Shown here: positions 25,667 to 39,236 of the stretch, one piece after another
Layout: each line of letters begins with the position of its first letter
Numbering within the stretch: position 1 is the first letter of the stretch
Assembly (NCBI RefSeq): GCF_964355755.1
Contig: NC_092679.1
Coordinates: forward strand, 18,459,432 to 18,523,431
Length of the DNA stretch: 64,000 bases
From: Antedon mediterranea
Lineage: Eukaryota > Animalia > Echinodermata
Direction: 5' to 3'
Program-made: the position numbers and the translations under genes
Notes under the pieces: model-generated
Seen by the model: the letters and a program-made list of their open reading frames with translations, nothing else
The model's database searches: none
What the model was told of the DNA's origin: nothing

Positions 25667-26079
25667 CTAAAAAATTTAAGGCAAATTTGAGGAATAAGGT
25701 CATAATTTGTATTATTATTTCTCAATGTGTAAACATTTTGTTTATTTATTTAGTTTATTTCAAAAATATTTTATGAGGGTGATCTATCCAGCATCACCTG
25801 ATCATTAGGGACCCTCAAACAATACAAACAAAAAAGACAAAATAAACTATAAAAACACAAAATTAACAAAGAAAAAAAAAAATTTGATTATACAATAAGA
25901 GTATTGATAATGATGAAACAAAAATTTGAGGCGATGTAATTATGATAATGAAGATGAGAAGATAATAATGATGAGGCATATTGATGCATATTGGTTGTGA
26001 TGCTAAGGTTATAATAATTTTTGTTTATTGATATCGATCAAAATCATACCAAATCATAATTATAATTAGTTATACTTAC

Positions 26080-26144
26080 TGCTTCGTAGTCAGCCAACTC
26101 TAACCTGGACTTGTTTTGCATAGTTCTCTTACAAAGGTAAACCG
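26080..26144 (-). CDS. RGS7: RGS7-like exon
   Basis: [22 protein letters not shown]. Confidence 0.95.
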
Positions 26145-26783
26145 CTGAAAAACAACAAAAGTTTGCATAAATTACACAGAAACTGTGCTCACTTTGATAC
26201 ATGACATATATATAGAATGATATGAACCGGAGACCTCTTGTATGCAGGTTGAGTACAATACTATTAGATCACTAACACTATTTTTTATATCTTTTTTAAA
26301 GACAACTTGACCATATTTTAACAACGTATTAGGTATGTAATGACTTCAGAACCATCACGAGATTAAGGATATCTTCGCAAAATATCAATGCTTATTTTCT
26401 TCCTCTGGACCCTGCTCTGGGGCCCTGAGTTTAGCAAGTAGCCACTGAAGTGATTTACACATGTTTGTATACAGTTATAATAATAAAAACTTTATTTAAT
26501 CACGGTCACACTTGTTCACCTCAATGGTGTTTTTCGACAAGGCTGTAAGACATTTTACACAAATCAAATTTAGCAATTAAACAATTAACAACAACAGTTT
26601 ATCTTAATTTACACTTAAATTAGAATGAATTAAAAATTTACAATAGATTGTAAAAGTTTGTTTGTTTGTAATTTACAAACTTGTGATGGTTACCTAGGCA
26701 AAAATAACTTTGCTGATAACTGAAATAAAACAAATACCCAATCAATTGATCAATTAATAATTAATAAATGCGCATTTTCCTAC

Positions 26784-26942
26784 CATAATCTGTATTTTCG
26801 GGTTCCCAGCAATTTGACGGCCAGAAATATGGTGCCTGAAAGCGGTAGAACGTATTGTCGTCTTTTAAAGTCAGTACATGATCCGTAATTGGGAAGAAAT
26901 ATCCGTGTGCTGCAACTAACGAACCTAGATGTATCGCATTCA
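26784..26942 (-). CDS. RGS7: RGS7-like exon, DEP domain
   Basis: [52 protein letters not shown]. Confidence 0.95.
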
Positions 26943-27045
26943 CTAAAAGAAACAAAAACAAATGCACAAAATGAAAGATTATTTCAAAATATTTATACTG
27001 TTTAGTAATAATTAGTTTTACAGATTACTTTGAAAGAGAGTTTAA

Positions 27046-27181
27046 AGCTCTGTCTACACTATCAAACTAGTTTGATAAAAAAGTGTGATGTGCTCAAATA
27101 TGGTAGTGATATCACCATGTCCATATATGGGCACATTACATTTTTTTTTGTCACATAAAGTTTGATAGTGTGGACAGACCT
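27046..27181. mobile_element. PIF/Harbinger(Tourist)-like MITE, family AGCTCTGTCTACACTATCAAAC
   Basis: TIRs of about 23 bp with TAA on both sides; at least six copies in the window. Confidence 0.75.
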
Positions 27182-27240
27182 TAAATCATAACATTGAGTT
27201 TACATGGCCACATGGTTATTTTGCCTGCACATCCTTCCAT

Positions 27241-27535
27241 TAATAATAATATCCTGGATTTATATAACGCCTAATGTAATGAAGCGCTGAACATTATTAC
27301 CCCAGTCATTTTTTTGGATCAAACACGTATGGAAACATACTTCCATAATGCAGCTAGTAATCAGCGCAAAGTTGTGTATTGATCTAACCGGGTACCCATT
27401 TATACACCTGGGTGGAGAGAGGCAAACGTAAGTAAAGTATCTTGCCTACAGATACAAGCAATGCGGCGAGAGTTGGATTCGAACCTCGGTCTCACAATCA
27501 GTAGTCCAACGTCCAACACACTGCGCCACACGCCC
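27241..27535 (-). mobile_element. tRNA-derived SINE (CORE-like body), copy 1
   Basis: A box TGGCGCAGTGTG, B box GGTTCGAATCC, body GGCAAGATACTTTAC...CCACCCAGGTGTATAAATGGGTACC, (TTA)n tail; very similar to 46311-46627. Confidence 0.85.
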
Positions 27536-27668
27536 TCACATTAATATAATAATAATATATATAATAAAATTCTTTAGTTCTATTAATTGTTTTCTTTACT
27601 TTATGAAAAACAAGCAATACAAAAAGGTTTGTATCATTTAAACAGAATAACTAGTATGAAAATACTAA

Positions 27669-27828
27669 AGCTCTGTCTACACTATCAAACATTATGTGAC
27701 AACAAAATGTGATGTACCCATATATTGACACGATGATGTCATATCACTACCATATTTGGCCATATCAGTACCATATTTGGGCATATCAAACTTATTTTGT
27801 CCAACTAGTTTGATAGTGTAGACAGAGC
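27669..27828. mobile_element. Harbinger-like MITE copy
   Basis: Same TIRs as 27046-27181. Confidence 0.75.
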
Positions 27829-28106
27829 AAGTAATGTAGTGCTGTAGAAGCTAAATTAATACATAAGTTATTTATTTGTTTTCTTTCAGTTTGAATTACT
27901 CTATTAAAATATAAAGTTAGTAATGATCATCCTCGAGCTTCGGGAAACTGTGCGGAAATATGAGTAATAATAGTTGTAGACGAGATTAGAAATTTACTTT
28001 TTTAATCTAATAATAAAAATATATCTAATATTATCTAATCTAATATTTAATTTCATCTTTATTAATAATATTTAATTCATTTACTTTTGTAATTTTCATT
28101 TTGTTT

Positions 28107-28925
28107 AAAAATTGTATAAATGTTATTATTGGTGATGTACATTTGTACAGTGGGCCACTGATTTAAAGTCTATATCCAAATCAAAAACAACAACTACAGT
28201 ATTGTACAAAGTCTATATCCAAATAAAAATAATATGCAGGCATAAACTATTGTACAAATAATATATTTTTGTTTGTATTGTGTAAATTTGATAAACAAAC
28301 AATAAACAACAATAACTATTTTACAAAGTCTATATCCAAATAAAAAATAACAACTACAGTATTGTACAAAGTCTATATCCAAATAAAAATAATATGCAGG
28401 CATAAACTATTGTACAAATAATATATTTTTGTTTGTATTGTGTAAATTGTATAAATGTTATTATTGGTGATGTACATTTGTACAGTGGGCCACTGATTTA
28501 AAGTCTATATCCAAATCAAAATAATATGCAGGCATAAACTATTATACAAAAAAAGGTAGAAAATGTTTAGAAATTATGTAATGAAACATTGAATGATTAA
28601 AGGTGGTGGTGAACCACAAAAGATAAAAAAAAAAATATTATACAAACAATATAAGTGTATATGTATATGTATATATAGTGTATATATAAATATACATAGT
28701 GTATATATATGTATGTACAGCATGTCTATATGTATAATAAATGTTGTTATTATTGGTGATGTACAGTGGGCCACTGATTTGAAAGTCTATATCCAAATAA
28801 AAAATAACAATAACTATTGTACAAAGTCTATATCCAAATAAAAAATAATAACAACAATAACTATTGTACAAAGTCTATATCCAAATAAAAAATAATAACA
28901 AAAATAACTATTGTACAAACAATAT
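28107..28925. repeat. Complex nested tandem duplications (motif of about 40 bp, AACTATTGTACAAAGTCTATATCCAAATAAAAA, within longer duplicated blocks)
   Basis: Block GGTGATGTACA..TGGGCCACTGATTT occurs 3 times; core motif about 8 times. Confidence 0.85.
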
Positions 28926-29577
28926 AAGTGTATTTTATGTATTATAGAGTGTGTATGCGATGCGTATGTGATTTGAGCACTAATGCATGTGTTGCAACAT
29001 ACGATGAATCATATAAAGGTTAATAAGTAATTTGAAATGACCAAGTTCAGCAATATACATTATGCTAATTGGCTGTTCATAGGATTTCTACCATGGGTGC
29101 CGTGAAATTATAAATCTTAGCGATTTCATTATATTGATGAATCAAAAATACATATTTTTTTTAGAAAACATAATGATGATGATAATCAAATATTAAAAGT
29201 AATAAAATACTAGTGATATTCTGATATTTATTGGAAAATGTTTTATGATACAGATTATGCAATGGGAATGAGCGATTCGCAAGTTTTCCTGTTTTCAATA
29301 ATGGATTCCTATGGCGAAGGTTGTATCTGTAATATTATAGTGTAAAGCCTGGCCATTTTGCACCCGAAGTCTCCTCTTAATCCATGTAGCCAACATCTAA
29401 TTTTCCCGAGATGTATGTAGGCTAATTTCTCTGAAACGCTTCAACTCTTGGCCATTTTTACACAACACATGCATACAGTAGATGTCAGACATCCGAACAT
29501 GTGCAGTAGATAACAGCTAGTATTTAGTTTAATATAAACATCTGTCCACATAAGAATGTGCTATCCATGCTCTTTTA

Positions 29578-29686
29578 AGGTCTGTCCACACTATCAAACT
29601 TTATGCGACAAACAAAATGTGATGTGCCTATACGGCCATGATGATGCCATATCACTACCATATTTGGGCATATCACTACCATATAT
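29578..29686. mobile_element. Harbinger-like MITE, partial copy
   Basis: One TIR plus internal ATATCACTACCATAT repeats. Confidence 0.65.
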
Positions 29687-29892
29687 GTTATGAACTAAAT
29701 ACTAGCTGATACCTTTACTCCACAGATTTCCATTCTTCTGATTTAATATACTGTATTCTTTGAGGGAATCACTAGTAGTAGAAACAGAACCGTAATCAAA
29801 TTCTTTTCATTGGCATAATAGAAACAGTGATCCCGTATCGCGGTGGATTAAGCAAGGCAAACAAGCATTACACAAGGGAACACATACATTAC

Positions 29893-29940
29893 CTGGATCT
29901 ATCTCAAGATTTTTCATTAACCATTGCACTAAATCACCTC
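29893..29940 (-). CDS. RGS7: RGS7-like exon, DEP domain
   Basis: GGDLVQWLMKNLEIDP; tttcag/gtaatg. Confidence 0.92.
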
Positions 29941-30027
29941 CTGAAAGTCAAGAAAATAAAGCATTTCATTTAATTAATTTAAATATTCCCACAAGCTACA
30001 GATAAAAAAAGGATGTTGTTGTTGTGA

Positions 30028-30342
30028 ACGCATTGTGGCCATCAGTTTGTGTGGACACTCATTGTGGCCATCAGCTTGTGTGGACACGCATTGTCGCCAT
30101 CAGCTTGTGTGGACACGCATTGTCGCCATCAGCTTGTGTGGACACTCATTGTGGCCTTCAGCTTGTGTGGACACGCATTCTGGCCATCAGCTTGTGTGGA
30201 CACGCATTGTAGCCATCAGCTTGTGTGGACACGCATTGTAGCCATCAGCTTGTGTGGACACGCATTGTGTCCATCAGCTTGTGTGGACACGCATTGTAGC
30301 CATCAGCTTGTGTGGACACGCATTGTGGCCATCAGCTTGTGG
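30028..30342. repeat. Minisatellite of 29-bp units (GCCATCAGCTTGTGTGGACACGCATTGT.)
   Basis: About 11 tandem copies. Confidence 0.95.
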
Positions 30343-30546
30343 GAAAGTTAGTAAATATATAAATAAATTTGACTGGCATGGAGAAACTCTAAACTAAATA
30401 GACTGGAAATATATTTTTGAAACAGTAAAAATGAGAATGAGTCCCGAGATTCGAACCCGGAATCTTCTGTTTGATATGCAGGTTCTTACTATTAGATCAT
30501 TGTGATTTTTATGAATAAAAAATTTAATAGCAACTCGGTATATATA

Positions 30547-30823
30547 AAGTAGAACCCCTCTTGCGACACCCTGATGCAGGACATCCCTTTTACAGGAACA
30601 CTTACCTACACCCTGATGCAGGGGACATCCCTTTTGCGGCGGACACTAATACCTACATCCTGATTCAGGGGACATACCTTTTATGGGGGACACTTTCCTA
30701 TAAATATAACATGAGGAAATATATGTTTTAGCACTATGCCTAACCTGGGGCTAACCTCTATTCAGAGGACACCCTTAACCTTTGTTTGATTGCAATGGTG
30801 TCCCCTTATTAGAGGTTCTACTG
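30547..30823. mobile_element. Tc1/mariner-like MITE, family CAGTAGAAC, with internal subrepeats
   Basis: AGTAGAACCCCTC...GAGGTTCTACTG; internal CTGAT(G/T)CAGGGGACA repeats. Confidence 0.6.
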
Positions 30824-30846
30824 TGATTGTGGTATAAAGACAATAC

Positions 30847-30943
30847 CTGTAAAAACACTAGGAACTTTAGACATGAAGCTCCGTACGGTCTTCACTGGGA
30901 CACCATCCCTATCATCTTGCATCCGTTGGATTAGTTTCTCAAT
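30847..30943 (-). CDS. RGS7: RGS7-like exon, DEP N-terminal part
   Basis: [32 protein letters not shown]. Confidence 0.95.
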
Positions 30944-33900
30944 CTATCAAGAAAATATACACAACAGAAAATTAGTATAAAGGTTAATGAAAGGTCACGA
31001 GGTCAAATTAAATGTCAAAATATTCAGAAAAGTGATTAATAGAAAACCGTTATTATTAAAGAAAATAAAACGGGGCAGAGGATAGCAAGATCTTTGAACA
31101 TAACATTCTTTTAGTTCCTTAGTCTGTAGTGCATATTCCATTAAGTTAAATTCATTTGATCAAAACAGGATTTTAATTATGATTCGCACCAAGTATTCTG
31201 GTGCGTGTGCTTGTAAACACTCATATTTAGATTTAGCCACATCTTTATTTACTTGTACTGCATAATAAGCTTGATAGGCCATCCTTGTATCTAGCTGAAT
31301 AAATATGTATACACAAGCTAACAGGTTTACTATGTACATAGCGTATGTTATGCAAATTACACCAATTAACTCACATAAAATTACCAGCAAGTTAAGGGGT
31401 CATGTTTGTATACCTATTGTCATATATATTTATTCTTTCAAAGAGATAAGTACTCTGTGTATACCAAGTGTTGATTAATATTACGTTTTATTGTTTTATT
31501 ACAATTAAAATGACAATATCAATTATAATAAACTAGATATTAGAAAATTAATGATGATGGATTAGACAGTAATCTAACCTTGGTAGAACCTCTATTAATG
31601 GGACATCTTTGGAACCAAGCAAAGTGTCTCCTTAATAGAGGTTCTCCTGAATAGCGGTTGCTTTTAAAAGATATTTCTCATTTGTTTGTTCCACGAGAAT
31701 GTTTCCCCTTTGGGTTTAATAGGTGTCTAAAAAAAAAAGGTTCTCGCTGAATCTGCCCAACCCTTGGGGCCATAAACTTCATTTTTGGTTTGTTTCTTTC
31801 CAGTTTGTAAAAACGTGATAAAAAATATAAATTTGACGATGACAATAAGACAATAACAATGATAACAAACAAAATGATAATAATATGATAATGATCATAA
31901 TGATAACAGATGATGAGATTAAATTAATAATGATGAAGATAATGAAAATAATAATTATATCAATATGTTAAAGATATTTTTAAGTATAAAAAGCTACTAA
32001 TCATATAATTCTTAGAAAATACATCGGAAAATAAAAAAAAATTGTAATATAAATTTTTTATTTTTTATTTTAAATTATACATAAATTTATAAAGCTGTGT
32101 TATCACAAAAAAAAGCTAAAATAATAATTGTAATATAAATAAGAAAAATCTTACAGTTTTAAAGATCGTTATAATGTAATAATTTGTAGTATAATAATAA
32201 GGAAAGGCACTCCCTGTACTGATTATGTAAAATGTTTTATAATATTAATCACCTCTGATATCGTATCTGCAATTTAAAACAATATAAAATTCACAATATT
32301 ATAAATATCTGTATAATAATATAGGAAAGGATACGGCTAATATGAGCGCACAACATGCACACTATAGAAGGCATAGTTATAAATTATGTCTATGTTAATG
32401 TACCTGCCTTAAAAAACAAATTACAGAATTGAACAGTGAACCTGGCTTGCGCTGTAAATTTAAAGACACTCCGGTAAAATTACTCTATTATACTAAACTA
32501 GTTGTACATTTATCTTTCATACGTCTATATTTTAGGAATTTTAACCATATAACTGAAACGTTTATTGATATATTTTACAAGAGATATACAGGACAACGAT
32601 AACGCTAAACACCGAGTCTTTTCACAAAATTATTAGAAACAAGATAATTATAATTAATATGTCAAAAAACAAAACAGTAATTATTATTATTCATTTTTAA
32701 GAGATTGCAGCTAATAATTTCACTGGGATAATTAATTTGTGTGTTGTATTAATTATTTAATAGTATTCACAATTATAAATGTAAACTCCCCTGTTTTTTA
32801 AAATGGAATAGTCCCAGGCATAATTATGACAAAATGAAGGCCTATACAAAACTGAATACCAGGTGGCTAGTGTCATTACAGACAGACAACACATACATAA
32901 ATGCACTATAAATATAAAATATCATTTTATTATTACACATAAAACAAAACATTTTGTATATTTTATGTAAGAAATATTTATATAAAATCCATCATGAAAT
33001 ATAGACATAATTAATATTTTGTATTAAATTAAAGGCAGTAGAAGACATCTCCTCCGTAATAATAATAAGTGTTAATGCTATGCTATATTACACTAGGTAA
33101 TATATTCTATATATTATGTAATATTTCATACATATTTAATATTTTATAATCCACATTTGAGTATTTAATTAAAAAGATTATGGTAATGATTATTATTATT
33201 ATCATAATGTAAATACATATATTATTACTGTATATAAACATAATATTTATATAACCGATATCTTATCTATATGTATAAAATTGATAATAAATATTGATAT
33301 ATAATACATATATACAAATTTAATATATAAATTTAATATTTTTAAAGATATGAATATAAAGATAATAAATAATGAAATGTTTATATAGCATTTTATGTAA
33401 TATAAAATCAATATTTGATAAGAGTGATGATATTCGCTGTAAATATTAATATTTTTTATAATACTTTATACAAAAAACATTATTTATGTATATAATTGAT
33501 TTAAAAGGATAATACATTAGGATGACAAATATGAAGATGATGACGGCACTTGGGCTATCAAAATCAACAACTAGCCCAATGGGCTAGTGGGAATTATTAC
33601 CTCAAATATGCATACATGCTGAAAATATGTGAATAGCAGATACAGGAGACATTCCAATCCTTGTAACCTAGCAGGTGCTCAACAATCATGAAATCACACA
33701 TTATGGCAAGATTTTTAAAATCGGTGTGGTATAACAGAAATTGTCATACCTTCTATTTTGGTATGCAAAGCTTATTTTTGTTTTGTCCATAAACACACAA
33801 CATTTTAATAGATATTTATCCCATTGTGTACACAATTTTGAATAATATGAATGATAAATGATAATGTGAACTTAATAAAAAAAAATTTTAACAGTAAAAA

Positions 33901-36218
33901 CTAAATGGGATCAGCTAGCTGCCTTCAGATATGCTCATTCGGACTACGAATTAGTGACCGTTCGGTTTATTGATATGCCACTAGCCTATACGCAGCTGTC
34001 ACGTCGAAAAGTCAATCTGTGCACCTTCAGAAATATGAGCATACAGAGATTTTAATATTTGCGTAGTCGGTCGATATTAGTCAAATAGGAGTAGGTGTAG
34101 AACAAGGGGGAACCGTGGTAGAAGTCAATGGGTACGTTATAATCAAGAACGTTTTTTTAGGTCTTTTTAGTGGGGAAGTTGCATTGCACTGAACTTATAT
34201 CAATACTGTATAATAAAATCAATTATTAAAGTCCTTAAAATATTCTTGAGTATAAAGAACAAACAGGTTTTGAAACTTTGTAGTAAGCTCTTGATAATTA
34301 TAAAAAGGAACTTTTATTGATTGGTATTGAGAGATATTGATTGGGATTCTTATAGAATGCACTATATACAATGTTGTGTTTGGTTAGCTAAAAATATTTG
34401 AACTAGGATTTCACCAGTCAATCTTTGTGAACCAGGGCGGTTCACATTAAAACTATTCATATACAATTCAAACACAATTATACTGTGAAAATGTTGTTTA
34501 CATTGTGCAAATTCATTAATGCTAAAAATCTGGTAACAGGCTACATGACAATTTTGTAAATTGTCACCTTGCTTTTACAATGTCACAAAATTATTGTATC
34601 ACAAAACAAAAAAAATCCCCTGTTTTGCAAATGATAGGTGAATATATTTTTACTAAGAAAAGAATTTAAAAAATGTTTTGAAAACCATGGATATACCCAA
34701 ATTCTCGTTCAAAAACTCAAGTTCATATTCTATACTGCAATTCAATAATAATAATTTATACAGCAATTGAAATGTACCGCTTGACGTCTTATTGTTATTT
34801 TCATTTATGTGTTTTTATATTTTGTTAGCTTTAGTATGTTTTATTTTGGCGTCTGACACAAGCTTTTGCTTCATTGGCGACGCTACAATTTTGGAAAGAA
34901 ATGTTATTTTTTATTTGCTGTTCTATTTATTTGCTGTTAGCCGAAACCGTTCATATTAATGTAAATGTTTTTATGACATTTACAAATGACAATAAATTAA
35001 CTTGACTTGACTGAACAACATTTATACAATGTACTTCACTCAGAATGTTTAGATGGGGAGGGATAGGGAATCATCAAGCCTATTCCGATACATATGCTAG
35101 GCCAATTGGTAATAATGAGTATACATTACCAGTGTGTTTGGAGTATATACTATAATAATAATAACTTTATTTAAAAACGGATGCAACACTTGATCACCAT
35201 ATTGGTGTTTTTCACAAGGCCGTTACTTACAACAAAACTATTTAAACACAAGTTATCATTTACAGTACATATGATGAAAAAACTATACAAAAAAATTGAT
35301 TTCAATAAAAACATAAAGTTTCAAGTACAAAACGAAACCTGCATCGGATAATGAAGAACAGTTAAAAATAGCAGCAATTACACGTCACTTCATACTTCAT
35401 CTTGGGTTAGGAATTATCCGACATGTAGTATGGCAATACTATCAACTGCTAGCTCAAGAACGAAGCGATTGTTTTTTACGCTACAATGATTAAGCTCTTG
35501 TAATGACGTCATTATTTGTCAAAGCAGACATAGCCCTAGGATTTCTCACGCAGAATCCTGATTTTAACTAGTCTACTTTTTAACAGGATAGTTTCAACCC
35601 TGTGTAGATTACTATGATTGATTTCATTATTTATTCAGTCTATTTCAGTATATACATGACAAAAAAAAATCAAAATTGGGGAGACCAGGGTCAACCTTGG
35701 TGAACTTAATCACTGTAGCTGGGCCGGTTATTATATAGCCAGAGCGTCGGGTATACCTAAAATTTGTGGTGGGACGGAGCCACCCAGCATAAAGTTAATT
35801 CATTAATCTAAGCCCCCTGTTTTATCCCTAAGTACATAAGTGCTGAGTGTAATTTAAATATCTATATTGAAGTGTAAATATTAACTGTTGGTCCCCAAAT
35901 TAATGGTTAGCTAGATTAATACAGATTATATATAAAAAAGTATAATCCCACCCCACTAGAACATGAAATTGGGCCGAAATTGGGCCGACAGACTATACTC
36001 TGGGAAAATCAGGTTCAGGGAAAAAAAATGACTGTTAAAGCATTTATTGTAAACTCATCTGAACTGAATAGAGAGAGAGAGAGAGAGAGAGAGATAGGCC
36101 TACAACCAGATCAAAAGTAAATACTGGGACTATACCCGGGGATATGCCTTACATAAAGTAAACCCAAAGTGGGATTATACACGAGGATATACGGTATATG
36201 CAACATATTGTATATTAC

Positions 36219-36293
36219 CTTATGATAAACTATAGCATTCGGATTGCACTGGTCATTAGCTCCATTGGTCTTGCGCCAATGGGCCATCTTCAT
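36219..36293 (-). CDS. RGS7: RGS7-like first coding exon
   Basis: MKMAHWRKTNGANDQCNPNAIVYHK, resembling the R7 N-terminal PNxxVYxK; donor gtaata; exon extends to an acceptor at 36337-36338, so an upstream exon exists. Confidence 0.85.
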
Positions 36294-36420
36294 GATGCTC
36301 TCTCCAATGTAATAGTGGTCATTCGCTGTCTTTAGCCTGTAGGGACATAAACATTGAAAGCATTTTAAATAAAGACAATGATTAAAAAATGCAAAATCAT
36401 TCTTTTTTCAAAGTGACTAA

Positions 36421-36594
36421 AGGTCTGTTTACATTATAAAACATTATGTGACAAAAAATATGTGATGTGCCAATATATGGACGTGATGATGTCATATCGG
36501 TACCATATTTGGGTATATCACTACCATATCACTACCATATTACTGCACATCACACTTTTTTTTGTCAAACTAGTTTGATAGTGTAGACAGAGCT
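36421..36594. mobile_element. Harbinger-like MITE copy
   Basis: Same TIRs as 27046-27181, TAA on both sides. Confidence 0.75.
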
Positions 36595-38321
36595 TAAGTA
36601 AAAACCTTTTAAAAAGCTCAATTAATGTTAAATAATTTTAATTTCTTTCAATTCTCACCAACAGTGAGGATTTAAATCTAACTGCCACTCAATCTTGGTT
36701 ATATAATAATTATTTATCTTTTTTAACTATATTAAATTTCTTATAATTTTAGTATTATTCATTAAAAACACAAAAAGAAAAAATTGACTTATTTCACAGT
36801 GGTTCTTCTGCTTCATCGTTTCTCAGAAAAAAAAAATTGATGGTGCTAATTTTTAAACTAGTCCACAATCTCAAATGAAAAAAAATAAATTGATAGCATA
36901 GGGTAATTTTTTATTAACATTGTACAGCGGGCTAGTACTAATTCAAGCCCTGCAGTATATTTACTAGTCATTTAGTCCCAAAGCTCATCCAAAATAAGAG
37001 CGAAATTTTTCCATTATCATTAGCAAATGGCATTGCCATTTAAAATGTCATTATTACCATTATAGTTTTACATATTCGTTATACTGAAGATTCTGACAGG
37101 TTGAAATTGGTGTATGTTGTTGTGTTTTATGACTATGCTATATACGCATGCAATCTCTTACTTTACATGCATGTTACAAATTTGTAGTAACGTTTGATCT
37201 TTACAAAATGGAGTTACCGTTTTCAGGCGTACAGATTTAATTGATTGGAATTGAGAATATTCATTTGGTTTTGTAATAAGATGTATAACTGTAATTTTGG
37301 GATAAAAATGTAAACAGCAAATAAATTAATGACACAAATCTTTTTATTATCATTTAATACACATTATTGTAAGTATATTAGGCCACATAATGCAATTATC
37401 TGTTGTTGCATTTGCAGAATAGAATTTCTCTCTGCCTGTTAACAAATATAAATTACTTAACTTGCATATTATTAAATTTTGATTTCATAGCTATTGTGTA
37501 TTTGGTTCAGAAAAGGAATGAGATTAATTTTATAGTAAAATTAAATAATAGTTTTCATAAAATATTGGTGCAAGATAGAAAAATGACATTCGGGCTAGTT
37601 AAAGCCTATAGTACTGCCAAGACAGAAAACAAAATTAAAATAACAAATTAAAATGTTCTGCTTCAACTGTAATAATTGAAATAATATGTCATAATTGTAA
37701 TGTAGGTACAAGCTAGCAATAAATTAATAAAACTTGGGCTAGTACAGTACAGAAAACTAGAACAGTGGGCTAGTGATAACACAAAATTAAAATCATGTCC
37801 TGCTTTAACTGAATAATTGAATGAAATATCAATAGCCTCTAGGGAAAGAAACAATGATTTGGAAACTAAACAAATTAAAGGTGAGATGACAGGCAACATA
37901 AGGATTAGAATGGTCACACAACAATTAAATTCATTACGTATTCCGCATTTTGTGTCTGTCGGCGCCTTTGGGAGTTTCTATAATCCTTTGCAGCCAAACT
38001 GGAATCGTGTTTAAAGATACAAGCAAATAATGTAGAACAATATTCACAACATTAATTTGCATAAACTTATTTTTTTTGCTGCCATTTAAATGTTAATTTT
38101 AATACATGGTATGGAAAGTACAGTATACAAGATTAAAATGTTGTATCCTTGTTTTGTCAAAGAATACATAAATTAATAACTATAGGCCTACTTACAGTTA
38201 GTTATCTGTGATGAACTAATTAATACCAGTAAGGAAAAACAATAACAATGGCTCAAATTAGTATTAGCTTAGTATAAAATAAGTTGGAAAAAATCACTCT
38301 TGAAAGTTAATTCTTGTTTCC

Positions 38322-39236
38322 CCAGGCAAACAAATTCTTATTCACTCTGGGCAAGTCAAATAATATTCACTCTGGGTAAGCCAATTCTTATTCACTCTGG
38401 GCAAGCCAATTCTTATTCATTCTGGGCAAGCCAATTCTTATTCATTCTGGGCAAGCCAATTCTTATTCATCCTGGGCAAGCAAATTCTTATTCACTCTGG
38501 GCAAGCCAATTATTATTCACTCTGGGCAAGCCAATTCTTATTCACTCTGGGCAAGCCAGTTCTTATTCATTCTGGGCAAGCCAATTCTTATTCACTCTGG
38601 GCAAGCCAATTCTTATTCACTCTGGGCAAGTCAATTCTTATTCATTCTGAGCAAGCCAATTCTTATTCACTCTGGGCAAGCCAATTCTTATTCACTCTGG
38701 GCAAGCCAATTCTTATTCACTCTGGGCAAGCCAATTCTTATTCACTCTGGGCAAGCCAATTCTTATTCATTCTGGGCAAGCCAATTCTTATTCATTCTGG
38801 GCAAGCCAATTTTTATTCACCCTGGGCAAGCCAATTCTTATTCACTCTTGGCAAGGCAATTCTTATTCATTCTGGGCAAGGCAATTCTTATTCACTCTGG
38901 GCAAGCCAATTCTTATTCACTCTGGGCAAGCCAATTCTTATTCATTCTGGGCAAGGCAATTCTTATTCACTCTGGACAAGGCAATTCTTATTCACTCTGG
39001 GCAAGGCAATTCTTATTCACTCTGGGCAAGCCAATTCTTATTCATTCTGGGCAAGGCAATTCTTATTCACCCTGGGCAAGCCAATTCTTATTCACTCTGG
39101 GCAAGCCAATTCTTATTCACTCTGGGCAAGCCAATTCTTATTCACCCTGGGCAAGCCAATTCTTATTCACTCTGGGCAAGCCAATTCTTATTCACTCTGG
39201 GCAAGCCAATTCTTATTCACTCTGGGCAAGCCAATT
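38322..39236. repeat. Minisatellite of 25-bp units (GGGCAAGCCAATTCTTATTCACTCT)
   Basis: About 36 tandem copies. Confidence 0.97.

Larger units (their letters stand above)
5886..36293 (-). other. RGS7: Gene span: regulator of G-protein signaling 7/6-like (R7 family, EGL-10-like), about 456 aa, at least 13 coding exons
   Basis: Spliced exons give DEP ([17 protein letters not shown]), DHEX ([18 protein letters not shown]), GGL (NPWISDETALW) and RGS (EFSGENLRFW...MKTDSYPRFLKS) domains; all phases consistent. Confidence 0.93.

Noticed and set aside
27465-27535. tRNA gene (also 46550-46627, 21975-22040, 22245-22320, 15650-15710, 30440-30500)
   Set aside because: A/B boxes present, but no convincing cloverleaf or acceptor stem, and they are attached to SINE bodies or decayed; these are SINE heads
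30024-30351. Overlapping ORFs in all three frames
   Set aside because: Stop-free reading of a 29-bp minisatellite; periodic peptide with no splice or homology support
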